From an uncultured delta proteobacterium (GTDB lineage: Bacteria > Desulfobacterota > Binatia > UBA9968): a stretch of 64,000 nucleotides of DNA. The position numbers and the translations under genes are program-made. A model generated the notes under the pieces. It ran no database searches, was not told the DNA's origin, and worked only from the letters and a program-made list of their open reading frames with translations. Position 1 is the stretch's first letter. The number at the start of each line of letters is the position of its first letter. Below, piece by piece: positions 1 to 11,702 of the stretch. The stretch is taken from positions 1 through 64,000 of the forward strand of contig CAVUZH010000003.1 of NCBI GenBank assembly GCA_963745835.1, written 5' to 3'.

Positions 1-2092
1 TGTTGGAGAGGTCGTTGACGTAGCTGCGGGGGGCACCCCGACCGTCATCATGTCGGCGACCGGCTGCTCGGTCTTGAAGTAGTCGGGCCCCTCCAGGCCC
101 TTGAGCGTGCGGCTCCGCGAAGGGCGGTCCAGGACCGGCGGGCTCGAGGGTGAAATCCTGGGATCCATCCCGAAGCCGCCTGCCAGCCGGCGTTCCAGGT
201 GGCCCGCTCGGCGAAGGTCGCGCTCGACAGGGTCCACGCCTGCTGGTCGGGCCGGTTGCCATCACCAGGGCTGACATCTCGTCCCGCTCAGGATTGTAGT
301 AAGGAGTAGTGGTAGACGGTGCCCTGTTGTCCCACCACCCACTGCCTGTTCATGATGTCGAACAGGTCGGGGCGCTCGGCCACTGATCTGGGCGTCGAGG
401 GATGTCGGCGCGGCGGTTGGCCCTGGCCAGCACCTGCTGCCCGAGGCCGAACAGCACGGCGCTCAGGACCAGCGACAGCAGCACCACCGGGAGCGCGGCG
501 CGGTACAGACTCACGCCGCAGGCTTTCATCACCGTCAGCTCGCTGGTTCGCGACAGCAGCCCGAACGTCACGAGCACGCTCAGCAGTGCGGCAATCGGGA
601 TCACGTAGTAGACGAACTGCGGCGTCATGTACACCAGCAGGTTGACCACGGTTCCCCGTCGTCGCCTGTCCCTTGAAGATCTTGTCCGACTTGTCGATGA
701 ACGTCGAGATATAGAAGAGCCCCAGGAGCGCCAGGAAGGACAGGCCCACCACCCGCAGGTACATGCGGCTGATGTACCTGTCGATCGGCCGCGGCAGCGG
801 CACGTGCAGGTGGGGCAACCGGATGACCACGACGGGACGGCGCACGCGCGCGGCCGGCGGGTCGGGCCGTCGCGGGGGGAGGGCGGAGCCACGCCGTGGC
901 CAGGAGTCCAGCCGCCGGCGCATGGCGGCGGGGACGCGGAGGGGGAGGCCCCCCTCCGTGTTCTGGCGCGCAGTCAGGGCCGCGGCGCCGAACGCGCCCA
1001 GGACGATGTAGAGTATCCAGCGGGCGGGGTGGGCGGCGAGGAAGCGGCCACCGGCCTTCACGGCCTCGGGGTTTGCGTCGTGCCCTTGGTAGATGACTCG
1101 GCCAGCAGGAACACCACGTAATAGGCGAAGATCACCGCGATGCCGACCACGAACCCGGCCAGCTTGCCGTCGCGCGCCACGGACATTCCCAGTGCCAGGC
1201 CGACCAGCGCGAAGACCAGGCAGGCCATGGGGATCGAGAACTTCTGCTGCATCGTGATGATTTCAGGGTGCGGCGAGATCCCGTTGCCGGAGCTTGTCGA
1301 GCATGTCGTGGCGGAGCTCGGCGATGGTCTTCTCGTTCGGGCCGCGCTGGATGTTGATGTCGGGGAACACGGCGTCGGGGTTGAGGGACAGCACCAGGGC
1401 GCCGGGGAACCGGAAGGTGTCGGCCTGGCCGTCTTGGTGATGGAGACCCGTTGCCATCCCTCGAGCACCAGGTGGACCCGGCGCTCCGCCGGTCGATCAC
1501 CATGCGGCCGCGCCGTGACAGGTAGATTGTCCGCGTTCCGGAGCCCTCGTCCGTGCGCGTGACCAGGAGATCCTTCCACCCGGGGTTCCCGGGTCCGGTT
1601 CGTCGCGGGCGTAAAGCACCCAGCCGGGGAAATCCTGGAAGAACACGCGGGGGCGGATATCGCTCTCGATCCGCTTGGAGATCACCTCGAAGGTCAGCTC
1701 GCGAAAGGTCTGGTTGGCGTCCGGGATGGCGACCAGCATCACGTGCAGGGTGGCCGCGCCGAGACCAGTCCCAGAAGCCCGACCGGGCGCAGCAGTCGGT
1801 ACGGGCTGACGCCGCAGGCGAGCAGGGCAACTGCCTCGCGGTCGGCCGACAGCCGGCCCAGGCCCACGAGCAGGCCCACCAGCAGGGACATCGGGATGGT
1901 CAGCCCGGCTGCCTGCGGGACCGCCGTCCAGATGATGCGCGCGGCAATCGTCCAGCTGACCCCCTTGGCGAGGAGCTTTTCGAGGTGCTCCATCACGGGT
2001 GGGAGCACGAGCAGGAACGTGAGGATCAGGAGGGCCAGGAGGAACGGCGGGACGACCTCGCGAATGACGTAGCGATCGATCGTCCGCAGCAT
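1..2092 (-). CDS. lptF: Fused LptF-LptG LPS export ABC permease; runs off the window start; several frameshifts (probably read errors)
   Basis: Fragments MLRTIDRYVIREVVPPFLLAL...GRLSADREAVALLACGVS and QQKFSIPMACLVFALVGLALG are LptF-like. The LptF C-terminus reads in frame into an LptG N-terminus (PIDRYISRMYLR...), followed by LLSRTSELTVMKACGVS. Confidence 0.85.
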
Positions 2093-2188
2093 GGGAGTCG
2101 GCTCAGGATAGCACGTGGGGGCGGGGGCGGCCCGGGGCCCCTGGGGGGCCGGTTCCCGGCGGTCCTCTGGGCCCGGGGCCTCCGCAGG

Positions 2189-2197
2189 TTATGCACA
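2189..2197 (+). promoter_or_regulatory. DnaA-box-like 9-mer TTATGCACA
   Basis: Matches the TTATNCACA consensus; only one strong copy. Confidence 0.4.
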
Positions 2198-2223
2198 GGG
2201 CTGGTTTCCTGTGGTTTTGCCGT

Positions 2224-2251
2224 GGGTCTGATAATGAGTGTTATGTTAACT
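2224..2251 (+). other. dif-like XerC/XerD recombination site
   Basis: GGGTCTGATAA-TGAGTG-TTATGTTAACT has 11-6-11 geometry. The XerD arm matches E. coli TTATGTTAAAT at 10/11 and the XerC arm keeps the inner ATAA. Confidence 0.8.
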
Positions 2252-2284
2252 AACGGGTGACGAGAGAGTGCCGGGCTGGAATCG

Positions 2285-2681
2285 GATCCGGGGCCCGCGA
2301 GCCGGGGATCCGATTTCCGGAGTCCGATGCCCCTCTCTTCCGCTCAATTCCGGGGATCCGGCCTCCGGGATCGGATAGCTCCGCTCGCAGGGCCATCCGC
2401 CCAGCGTAGACTTCACCGGGCGTCGGATCGGGATTCGGGACCCGGTCCGCCGGGCCCGAACGCTACCAGCGAGCTGTCGCTACTGGAGCAGGAACTCGAG
2501 CCCGAGCCGGATGGGATCCCTCGATCCGATCCCGGGCCCCGGCATTCTGGTCGGTCGACCGGCCGCGGCCGAGCCGGAAATCGAATCCCGGTCCCGGGAA
2601 CCGGTCGGTCGACCGTATCGACGACCACGGAACGTCCTCGATAGCTGGGAACCCGAACCGGAACGGATCCGGGATCCGATC
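2285..2681. repeat. GATC/GGATCC-rich intergenic repeat region
   Basis: 11 GATC counted in ~400 bp; repeated units GATCCGATCCC and GGTCGGTCGACCG. Confidence 0.55.
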
Positions 2682-2689
2682 CCGTCCGT

Positions 2690-3512
2690 CTACGTCCCCT
2701 GCCGCAAGTCGCTGATGATGGCTTCCAGGGCGGAGATGACCTCGTCACAATCGACACGGGACTTGCTGAAGCGCAGCTGGAGGTTGAAGGCCTTGGTCGG
2801 AGCCCGGTAGTTGAAGGTGTCGACTGGGCCGGCCCGGCTTCGGCTTGGCGGTTTCCTTCCGCACCTCTTCGCGGGCGATGACCACGCCCTCGCGCGATAA
2901 TTTCTCGACGAGCGCCACCATTTTCTGCGCTTCGTTTTGCCTAACTACCTGTAAAAGCAATGATTTAGAGTGAATGTCGGCCAGCCGACAGAGGTTTCTC
3001 ACGTCGTCCGGCATCCCGTTGAGCGACAGCGACTCCGTGATCGCGGTTCGCGACTTCCCCAGGCGCCGCGCCATGTCCTCGTGGGTGTAATTACACCGCG
3101 TCTGCAGCGAGAACAGCGCTTCCGCTTCCTCGAACGCCGTCAGGTCCTTCCGCTGGATATTCTCGACCAGCGCAATCTCGATGATCTCCGCGTCGTCGAC
3201 CTCGCGGATGACGACCGGGACCTCGTCGACGCCCGACCTGGACAGCCGCCTGGTAGCGCCGCTCCCCCGCCACGATCTGAAACCGCGAACCCCGTTGCCG
3301 GACGATGATGGGTTCGATGATGCCTTTCTCGGCAATCGACGCCATCAGCTCCGACAAATCCCCCATCACCTGGCGGGCTGGTTCGGGTTGGCATCGATCT
3401 GGTCGATCGGCACCATGCGCCCGATCGGGCTGCCCGCCGAACTCGTCAGGGCATCGACGTAGTGTTCGTCGTGCCGCATCCGCACGCTCTCCGGTAATCC
3501 TCGCTTAGGCAC
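2690..3512 (-). CDS. parB: ParB/Spo0J partition protein (frameshifted)
   Basis: Segments [17 protein letters not shown]...[30 protein letters not shown] and an HTH ([17 protein letters not shown]) are spread across frames. Confidence 0.9.
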
Positions 3513-4261
3513 GATCAATGACCTCCTCGCACAGCCGGTAGTATCCGCGGCGCCGCTCGAATCCGGCGCGAACGTGAAGATGGATTCCTTGTAGGCCGGG
3601 CTCTCCTCGAGCCGCACGCTCTTGGTGATCACGGTCTTGAAAACCTTGCTTGCCGAAGACCTGATCGATCTGCGCGCGGATGTCCTCGCGCCAGCGACGT
3701 CCGCTTGTCGTGCATCGTGATCACCACGCCGAGGATCTGCAGCGTCGGGTTCGCGCGCGCCCTGACCTTCTCGATCGTCTCGAGCAGGTCGTCCGTCCCT
3801 CCAACGCAAAGTAGGACGACTGAATGGGAATCAGGAGATGCGTCGCCGCCACCAACGCATTGACGGTCAGCAGCCCGAGCGTCGGCGGGCAGTCGATCAC
3901 GATGTTCGGATACTGCTCCCGGATGGGGTCGAGGCGATCCTTGAGCCGGAAATGGGCGTCGAACTCCCCCACCAGCTTTCCCTCCAGCTTGGCCAGCGCA
4001 ATCCGGGACGGGGCGATGAACAGGTTCGGTTGAGGCGGACGGGAGGATCACGTCGGCGAACCCGATGTTGGGCTCGGCGATCGCATCGTACACGCTGCGC
4101 GTGACGGTGGCCACGTCCAGGTACGACATGGAACTGTTGGCCTGGGGATCGAGGTCGATCAGCAGCGTGGCTTTGCCTCGCATCGACAACGCCGCCGCCA
4201 GGTTGATGGCGGTGGTCGTCTTGCCGACGCCACCTTTCTGATTCGCGATCGCAACGATCAT
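3505..4261 (-). CDS. parA: ParA/Soj ATPase (frameshifted)
   Basis: Deviant Walker A IANQKGGVGKTTTAINL, IDLDPQAN, IDCPPTLGLLTVNALVAA, KSVRLEESP. Confidence 0.9.
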
Positions 4262-4398
4262 GTGGTGAGGCTCTGGATGTGCGGTGAGGGTCGCCGCCAT
4301 TGTAGGGAGGGCGGCGGTGAAGTGTCAATCGAGCAGGCAAAGCTGGCGCGGCGACGTCACCGGAGGGCCGCGGATGGATCACGCAAAACAACAGTGCC

Positions 4399-4881
4399 CT
4401 ACATCTTGTATTTGCCGAGATCGTTGGGTCGAGGCTCTCCAGCCACTTCTGGAGGCGCTCGGCATTTTCCTTGTCGGGGGCAAAATCCGTGGTCTTCGTT
4501 TCCTCGATCACGCGGTCCTCGACGTAGATCGGGGCCTTCGCCCGCACGCCAGCGCAATGGCGTCGCTGGGGCGTGCGTCGACCGCGACCGCTTCCCCCTT
4601 CACGGTGAGATAGATCAGCGCGTAGAACGTGTTGTCCCGCAGTCCGCGACGACCACCTTCTCGATCCCCGGCGTCGAGATCGCAGATCAGTTCGGCAGGA
4701 GGTCGTGCGTCATCGGCCGCGGGGTCGTCACGTTCTCGATCTGGAGCGCGATGGCGTTGGCCTCTGCCACCCCCACCCAGATGGGCAGGACCCTCGAGCC
4801 ATCCTTGTCCCGCAGGATGACGATCGGCAGGTTGGTCGCCGGGTCGATCATGAGCGTCTTCACGGTCATCTCAATTTGCAT
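4399..4881 (-). CDS. Bifunctional nuclease family protein (DUF151), frameshifted
   Basis: MQIEMTVKTLMIDPATNLPIVIL...LPIWVGVAEANAIA...PRPMTHDL; RPSDAIA; C-terminal LQKWLESL...GKYKM. Confidence 0.85.
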
Positions 4882-4919
4882 GGCAACCTCGCTACCTGCG
4901 GTCTCCCGTCGCTGAACAA

Positions 4920-5663
4920 TCACACGTCACGATACCGGCTCGCCGCGGAGACTGTTCGGATTCGCCGCCGTGATCCTGACGGGCACGAGCTCCGATCTGG
5001 TGCGGCCTCGCCCGAGAAGTTGACGACGGTGTTTCCGCTGGTGCGCCCTGAGAGCTCCCATTCCCGCCGCCGGCTCCGGGCGTCCACCAGGACCGTCTCC
5101 ACCCGTCCTATCGCTTGCCTGTACAGGGCCCCCTGGATGTCACGCTGGAGACCCTGGAGGGCCACAATCCGCCGGGTCTTCTCCGCCTCCGGCACGTCGT
5201 CCGGCATGCGTTTCAGCGCGAGCGTGTTCGGGCGCGGCGAGTCCTGGAACGAGTAGATGCTGTGATACCCGACGGCCTGCGTCAGCGACAGCGTCTCGTC
5301 GAAGTCCCGGGCCGTCTCTCCCGGGAACCCGACAATCATATCGGTCGATAACGCGATGTCCGGCATGGCCTGGCGGAGACGCTCGACCAGCGACAGGTAG
5401 TCCTCCCGCGTGTAGCGCCGACGCATTGCCGCCAGGACGCGTGTGGAACCGGACTGGACCGGAAGGTGGAGGTGGCGGCAGACCTTGGGAGTGTCCCAGA
5501 ACGCCTCAATCATCCGGGGCGTGACGTGCCGCGGGTGCGGCTGGCGAACCGAATTCGCGCAAGCCCCTCGATGCGGTCGAGGCGCTCCAGGAGTGCCGGG
5601 AAGTCACAGGAACGGTCGTCCGGCGCGGCGTAGTAATTCACAATCTGTCCGAGCAGGAGGATC
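4920..5663 (-). CDS. miaB: tRNA methylthiotransferase MiaB, C-terminal half only, cut at the junction
   Basis: [44 protein letters not shown], then a TRAM-like tail. Confidence 0.85.
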
Positions 5664-8600
5664 ACTCGCGTTTTAGCACGAACACTTTTCCGAGCTGGGG
5701 TCGGGCTCATCCGTATCGCTACCTGATCCACAATGGCGAAATCAATACTCTGCGGGGCAATGAAAACTGGATGCACGCGCGCCAAGCCATGTTGGCGTCG
5801 CCGTTGTTCGGCGATGATTTGCAAGAAATCTTTCCCATTATTCAGGAGGACGGTAGCGATTCGGCTAAATTCGATAATACTCTGGAGTTTCTCGCTCTCA
5901 GCGGGCGCTCGTTGCCGCATGCTGTCATGATGATGATCCCCGAACCATGGGAAAATCACGACAGCATGGATGAAAACAAACGGGCCTTTTACGAATACCA
6001 CAGCAATTTGATGGAGCCGTGGGACGGGCCTGCGTCGATTGCGTTCACCGATGGCACAGTTGTCGGGGCGGTACTCGACCGCAATGGACTGCGTCCGTCT
6101 AGATACTATGTGACCAAAGACGATCTCGTGATCATGGCCTCTGAAGTTGGCGTCTTGGACATAGCGCCGGAGAACGTCGCGGAAAAGTGTCGACTTCAGC
6201 CTGGACGGATGTTTCTCGTTGACACCAGTGAAGGGCGCATCATCAGCGACCAGGAGATCAAACAGCAGATTGCGAAGTCCCAGCCGTATGGTCGGTGGTT
6301 AAAAGACAACGTCGTGAGGTTCGACGAATTACCTGATATCCCGGAAAAGAAGCCGGTGGCAAATCACAACACGACATTACAGCGTCTTCAAGCCTTCGGT
6401 TTTAACTTCGAAGACTTGCGAATAAACATCGCGCCCATGGCACAGAACGGCATTCAACCGGTGGGCTCGATGGGAACGGATACGCCGTTGGCAGTCCTGT
6501 CGGATAAACCTCAACTGCTCTACAACTATTTCAAGCAACTGTTTGCTCAGGTGACTAATCCGCCCATCGACCCAATCCGCGAAGAGTTAATCACTTCAAC
6601 CACGTTAACGTTGGGATTAGAAGGAGATTTGACCGATCCAAGACCGGAAAGTTGCCGCCAATTAAGATTCTCGGCGCCAATTCTAAGAAATTCGGAGATG
6701 GAGAAGCTACGGCGGATTGAGCGACCTGGGATCAAATCGGTGACGCTGCCAATTGTCTTTAAGGCGAGTGAAGGCAAGAATGGCCTGGAACGCGCCTTGG
6801 AAGAGTTGTTCGCTCTAGCCGACCGCGCAATCTCGGATGGCGCAACGATTCTAATTCTTTCCGATAAAGGTGTCGATCAGTTCCATGCACCGATTCCAGC
6901 ACTGCTTGCTTGCTCCGGATTACATCACCATTTGATTCGCACGGGCACACGCACGCGCGTTGGCCTGGTGCTCGAATCAGGAGAGCCGCGTGAAGTGCAT
7001 CATTTCTGCTTGCTGCTCGGTTATGGCGTGCAAGCGATCAATCCTTACCTTGTTTTTGAATGTCTCAACGACATGATTCATGAGGGTATGCTGAAAGGTC
7101 TCGGCTATCACGAAGCCGTCAAGGGATACATCAAAGCGGCGGTGAAAGGCGTCGTGAAAGTCATGGCCAAAATGGGCATCTCGACTATGAAGTCCTATTG
7201 TGGCGCACAGATCTTCGAGGCGGTCGGTTTGGGACAAGAGCTGGTCGACAAATATTTCACTTGGACGCCATCGCGGGTGGGCGGCATCGGTATCGATGAA
7301 GTTGCGCGCGAGGCGCAGCGGCAACACGCTAACGCGTATCCCAAGTATCCGTTGAACGGGCATACACTGGAAGTCTACGGGCAGTATCAGTACCGCAACG
7401 ATGGTGAATTGCATTTGTTCAATCCGCGCACAATCCATCTTTTACAAAAGTCTTGTCGTAACAATGATTACACAACCTTCAAACAGTACACACAGCTAAT
7501 CGATGACCAGTCGCAGCGACTAGCCACCCTGCGCGGTCTCATGCAGATAAAGTATGCAGCCCAGCCGATTCCAATCGAAGAAGTCGAACCTGTCCACGAA
7601 ATTGTCAAACGTTTCAAAACCGGCGCGATGTCGTACGGATCGATCGGCAAGGAAGCGCATGAGGCACTTGCCATTGCCATGAACCGTCTGGGCGGCAAAA
7701 GCAACACCGGCGAGGGGGGAGAAGATCCGGCCCGGTACACTCTCGACGGCAACGGCGACTCGCGCAATAGCGCGATCAAGCAGGTGGCCTCGGGACGGTT
7801 TGGAGTAACAAGTTATTATCTCACTCAAGCGCGTGAGATCCAGATCAAGATGGCTCAAGGCGCCAAGCCGGGCGAAGGTGGCGAACTGCCCGGCCGCAAG
7901 GTCTACCCATGGATTGCCAAAGTGCGGCATTCGACCCCAGGGGTAGGGTTGATCTCGCCACCGCCGCATCACGACATTTATTCCATCGAGGATCTGGCGC
8001 AGCTAATTCACGATCTCAAGAACGCCAATCATCATGCGCGGATCAGCGTTAAACTTGTCTCGGAGGTGGGGGTCGGTACCATAGCCGCAGGTGTGGCAAA
8101 AGGCCATGCCGACGTCGTTTTGATCAGCGGACATGACGGCGGCACGGGGGCTTCGCCGCAGACTAGCATCAAACATGCAGGACTACCTTGGGAGCTCGGG
8201 CTTGCGGAAACCCATCAGACCTTGCTGCTCAATAATTTGCGCAGCCGTATCACAGTGGAAACCGATGGCCAACTGAAGACCGGACGCGATGTGGTGGTGG
8301 CTGCGATGCTAGGTGCCGAAGAGTTCGGTTTCGCCACTACGGCGCTGGTGACCCTAGGCTGTATCATGATGCGTGTATGCCATTTAGATACGTGTCCGGT
8401 CGGAGTGGCAACGCAAAACCCGGAGTTGCGTGCAAAATTCGCCGGAGATCCGGCACACGTTGTTAATTTCATGCGCTTCATTGCGCAAGAGATGCGTGAG
8501 CAAATGGCCAAATTAGGATTTCGTACGATCAATGAGATGGTCGGGCGGCCTGACCGATTGGAAGTTCGTCAAGCTGTGGAACATTTGAAAGCACGAGGGT

Positions 8601-9565
8601 TGGATTATGCGGCGATACTATACCAGCCCAAAGTTGGTCCTGATGTCGGGCGGTATTGCAGCGTGCCACAGAATCATGGGCTGGAAAATGCTCTGGACAA
8701 TCAAGTATTGCTCGACTTGGCCGCGCCGGCCTTGGAGCGTGGCGAGAAGGTGAAGGCGTCTCTGGGAATTCGCAACACGAATCGCGTGGTAGGCACAATC
8801 CTGGGCAGTGAGATTACGCGCCGATTCGGGCCCGAAGGACTGCCCGAAGATACCGTGCATTTTCACTTTGAGGGATCCGCGGGGCAAAGTTTCGGAGCGT
8901 TCATACCACCTGGTGTGACTCTGGAACTCGAAGGCGATGCCAACGACTATTTCGGCAAGGGCTTATCTGGTGGAAAACTCGTCCTATATCCTCCCGAAGG
9001 CTCAACGTTTGCTCCCGAAGAGAACATCATTGTCGGGAACGTTGCATTGTATGGCGCGACCAATGGGGAGGCTTTTATCCGGGGAATGGCAGGGGAGCGT
9101 TTCGGCGTCCGAAACAGTGGTGTGCGCGCGGTCGTGGAGGGAGTGGGTGACCATGGGTGCGAGTATATGACTGGAGGGAAAGTCTTCGTTCTCGGTGCCA
9201 CCGGGCGCAATTTCGCAGCCGGCATGTCCGGTGGTGTGGCCTATGTTCTGGATGAGGACGGCACATTTAAAAACCGCTGCAACTTCGAAACTGTCGAACT
9301 GGAGCAATTGAATGCTCAAGATTTGCGAGATGCCGAGGATATGCTTAGGCGGCACGCGGTATACACGCATAGCGCCCGAGCATGGCGGCTCTTGGCACTT
9401 TGGGAGGAGACTGCCGGAAAACTACTGAAGGTGATGCCGAAGGATTACCGTCGCGTGCTGGAAGAACTCGAGAAGGCGGAGGCGACAGGACTTGCCGGCG
9501 AAGAAGCCCTAATGGCCGCTTTCGAAGCAAATAAGAACGACGCTTCCCGAGTGAGCGGTAACTGA
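5663..9565 (+). CDS. gltB: Glutamate synthase large subunit, N-terminus missing
   Basis: Begins abruptly at [12 protein letters not shown]...[11 protein letters not shown]; [51 protein letters not shown]-terminal GXGXG domain. Confidence 0.97.
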   Translation, partial: HSRFSTNTFPSWGRAHPYRYLIHNGEINTLRGNENWMHARQAMLASPLFGDDLQEIFPIIQEDGSDSAKFDNTLEFLALSGRSLPHAVMMMIPEPWENHDSMDENKRAFYEYHSNLMEPWDGPASIAFTDGTVVGAVLDRNGLRPSRYYVTKDDLVIMASEVGVLDIAPENVAEKCRLQPGRMFLVDTSEGRIISDQEIKQQIAKSQPYGRWLKDNVVRFDELPDIPEKKPVANHNTTLQRLQAFGFNFEDLRINIAPMAQNGIQPVGSMGTDTPLAVLSDKPQLLYNYFKQLFAQVTNPPIDPIREELITSTTLTLGLEGDLTDPRPESCRQLRFSAPILRNSEMEKLRRIERPGIKSVTLPIVFKASEGKNGLERALEELFALADRAISDGATILILSDKGVDQFHAPIPALLACSGLHHHLIRTGTRTRVGLVLESGEPREVHHFCLLLGYGVQAINPYLVFECLNDMIHEGMLKGLGYHEAVKGYIKAAVKGVVKVMAKMGISTMKSYCGAQIFEAVGLGQELVDKYFTWTPSRVGGIGIDEVAREAQRQHANAYPKYPLNGHTLEVYGQYQYRNDGELHLFNPRTIHLLQKSCRNNDYTTFKQYTQLIDDQSQRLATLRGLMQIKYAAQPIPIEEVEPVHEIVKRFKTGAMSYGSIGKEAHEALAIAMNRLGGKSNTGEGGEDPARYTLDGNGDSRNSAIKQVASGRFGVTSYYLTQAREIQIKMAQGAKPGEGGELPGRKVYPWIAKVRHSTPGVGLISPPPHHDIYSIEDLAQLIHDLKNANHHARISVKLVSEVGVGTIAAGVAKGHADVVLISGHDGGTGASPQTSIKHAGLPWELGLAETHQTLLLNNLRSRITVETDGQLKTGRDVVVAAMLGAEEFGFATTALVTLGCIMMRVCHLDTCPVGVATQNPELRAKFAGDPAHVVNFMRFIAQEMREQMAKLGFRTINEMVGRPDRLEVRQAVEHLKARGLDYAAILYQPKVGPDVGRYCSVPQNHGLENALDNQVLLDLAAPALERGEKVKASLGIRNTNRVVGTILGSEITRRFGPEGLPEDTVHFHFEGSAGQSFGAFIPPGVTLELEGDANDYFGKGLSGGKLVLYPPEGSTFAPEENIIVGNVALYGATNGEAFIRGMAGERFGVRNSGVRAVVEGVGDHGCEYMTGGKVFVLGATGRNFAAGMSGGVAYVLDEDGTFKNRCNFETVELEQLNAQDLRDAEDMLRRHAVYTHSARAWRLLALWEETAGKLLKVMPKDYRRVLEELEKAEATGLAGEEALMAAFEANKNDASRVSGN

Positions 9566-9825
9566 GTTCGCAGCAGGCCTGATCACTTTTTAATCTCCAG
9601 GTCAGAAGTAAATAAATCATCGCCGGTCCCGCCACTCAGTGTTAACGAAACTTCTCCCGAGTGTGGCTACCGCTTTTTGTCCATTAGTATGGAATGGCGA
9701 CCCTGTTGGATCTGAGTGCGAGTTTTATTCGGAACGGGTCCAAGTAAGTTATGGAGTGAAATCGACGCAAGAAGATGGCTCATCCTTCACTCGGCAGATC
9801 TGTTAAACGTCGGGAGTAATCAATA

Positions 9826-11310
9826 ATGGGAAAACCAACAGGATTTATGGAATATGGACGTGAGCTACCGGAAGACCGTTCACCCTTGGAGCGGGTGAAG
9901 GATTGGCGCGAGTTTCACGAGCATTTTTCGCAAGCCAAGCTTCAGGACCAGGGCGCGCGTTGCATGGATTGCGGTATTCCATTCTGCCATACCGGACAGC
10001 TGATCAGCGGCATGGCTTCCGGCTGTCCGATCAACAATTTAATTCCGGAATGGAACGATTTGGTTTACCGCGGTTTGTGGCAGGAGGCGCTGCATCGGTT
10101 GCACAAAACCAACAATTTCCCGGAGTTTACGGGTAGGGTATGTCCGGCGCCGTGCGAAGGGTCGTGCGTACTCGGATTAAACGAACTGCCTGTTACAATA
10201 AAAAATATCGAATGTGCCATCATCGACAATGGTTTTGCCCAAGGCTGGGTCAGTCCGCAATCGCCGGAGAATCGGACCGGTAAGAAAGTCGCTATCATCG
10301 GATCGGGTCCGTCGGGACTTGCCTGCGCTGCGCAACTAAACTACGCCGGTCACTGGGTCACTGTTTACGAGCGCGCTGATCGTGTTGGCGGATTGTTGAT
10401 GTACGGCATTCCCAATATGAAACTCGATAAGGCGATCGTCCAACGCCGCGTCGATCTTATGTCGGCCGAGGGCGTCAAGTTCGTAACGAACGCCGCCGTT
10501 GGGCACGATATTTCCGCTGCCAAACTCAAAGATGAGTTTGATGCGATCGTGCTCTGTTGCGGCGCGACCAAAGCGCGTGACTTGCCGATACCAGGGCGCG
10601 AGCTCGATGGCATCCACTTCGCGATGGATTTTCTCCACGCCAATACCAAGAGCCTGCTCGATTCCAATCACAAGGATGGTAGATACATTTCGGCGAAAGA
10701 CAAACATGTGATCGTCGTCGGCGGCGGTGACACCGGCACCGATTGCGTCGGCACCTCAATGCGACACGGATGCAAGAGCCTGACTCAAGTAGAAATTCTG
10801 CCGCGTCCACCCGATACACGCCAGCCGGATAATCCGTGGCCTGAATGGCCCAAGATTTATAAACTGGACTACGGTCAGGAGGAGGCGAAAGCACGTTTTG
10901 GCGCCGACCCGCGAATCTATCTAACGACCGGTGAGAAATTTGTTGGCGATTCCAACGGACGGGTAAAACAGCTGCACGTCTACGATGTGGAATGGGGCAA
11001 AAATGAGCAAGGCGCGTTCATTCCAAAGCGAGTACCCGGGAGCGAAAAAATATTGCGCGCTGATCTGGTTTTGCTGGCTATGGGCTTTGTTGGTCCTGAG
11101 GAGACGGTCTTGGCCCAATTGGGAGTCGAGCGGGACCAACGTTCGAATGCGAAGGCCGATTATGGCGAATTTTCTACGAACATTCCTGGGGTCTTTGCCG
11201 CAGGCGATTGTCGTCGTGGTCAGAGCCTTGTCGTGTGGGCCATCAATGAGGGTCGTGGTGCTGCACGAGAATGCGATCGCTTCTTGATGGGGGCGACGGA
11301 ACTGACGTGA
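9826..11310 (+). CDS. gltD: Glutamate synthase small subunit
   Basis: [51 protein letters not shown]. Confidence 0.97.
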   Translation: MGKPTGFMEYGRELPEDRSPLERVKDWREFHEHFSQAKLQDQGARCMDCGIPFCHTGQLISGMASGCPINNLIPEWNDLVYRGLWQEALHRLHKTNNFPEFTGRVCPAPCEGSCVLGLNELPVTIKNIECAIIDNGFAQGWVSPQSPENRTGKKVAIIGSGPSGLACAAQLNYAGHWVTVYERADRVGGLLMYGIPNMKLDKAIVQRRVDLMSAEGVKFVTNAAVGHDISAAKLKDEFDAIVLCCGATKARDLPIPGRELDGIHFAMDFLHANTKSLLDSNHKDGRYISAKDKHVIVVGGGDTGTDCVGTSMRHGCKSLTQVEILPRPPDTRQPDNPWPEWPKIYKLDYGQEEAKARFGADPRIYLTTGEKFVGDSNGRVKQLHVYDVEWGKNEQGAFIPKRVPGSEKILRADLVLLAMGFVGPEETVLAQLGVERDQRSNAKADYGEFSTNIPGVFAAGDCRRGQSLVVWAINEGRGAARECDRFLMGATELT

Positions 11311-11702
11311 AGATTACAACCCACAGACATCAGAAAGCTCCACTCATGTTCTTGGGCTGCGATTGCTGTTTCGACGTGGGTCCTTCTTCATCGGGTTATC
11401 CCGCATCCTTCTTGCGACCGACACATCCTCGGAACCTCCTAGCGAAAAACGAATTGTCAGAAGTGTCAGCCAAGTTGAATCATTGCCACAACTCTTCGCT
11501 CAATCGACCAGAGATGTCATGAAATTTCTAAACGCGGCCTAAGTGGCTGATGGCCTTCAACTTGCGTTAGGCGTTACTGTAGATATCAAGCTGGGGTGTG
11601 AAACTTCCCCCAAGAGGGTGCAAGCTAACGCTCACCTGGAACAAAATGCAATCTCCCACGCCCAACTCGAAAGCGAGAAGATTGTGAGAGGGTAGAATAA
11701 TA

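Noticed and set aside
2327-2810. Pro/Gly/Arg-rich ORFs between lptF and parB
   Set aside because: Low-complexity translations of GC-rich repeat DNA or antisense parB, with no protein features.
2092-4400. Canonical parS (TGTTTCACGTGAAACA)
   Set aside because: No convincing match found by eye.
1-5662. Mass pseudogenisation or programmed frameshifting of lptFG, parAB and miaB
   Set aside because: Indels hit every gene, including normally essential ones, and become rare after the junction, which fits low-coverage read errors.
5510-6001. 163-aa minus-strand ORF
   Set aside because: It spans the chimeric junction: antisense gltB joined to a miaB fragment.
9566-9825. 260-bp gap between gltB and gltD
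   Set aside because: No credible ORF, repeat or strong structure found.
11537-11630. attC-like GCCTAAG...GTTAGGC and nearby GCGTTAG/CTAACGC
   Set aside because: Too short, lacks the L-box pairing, and there is no integrase or cassette array.
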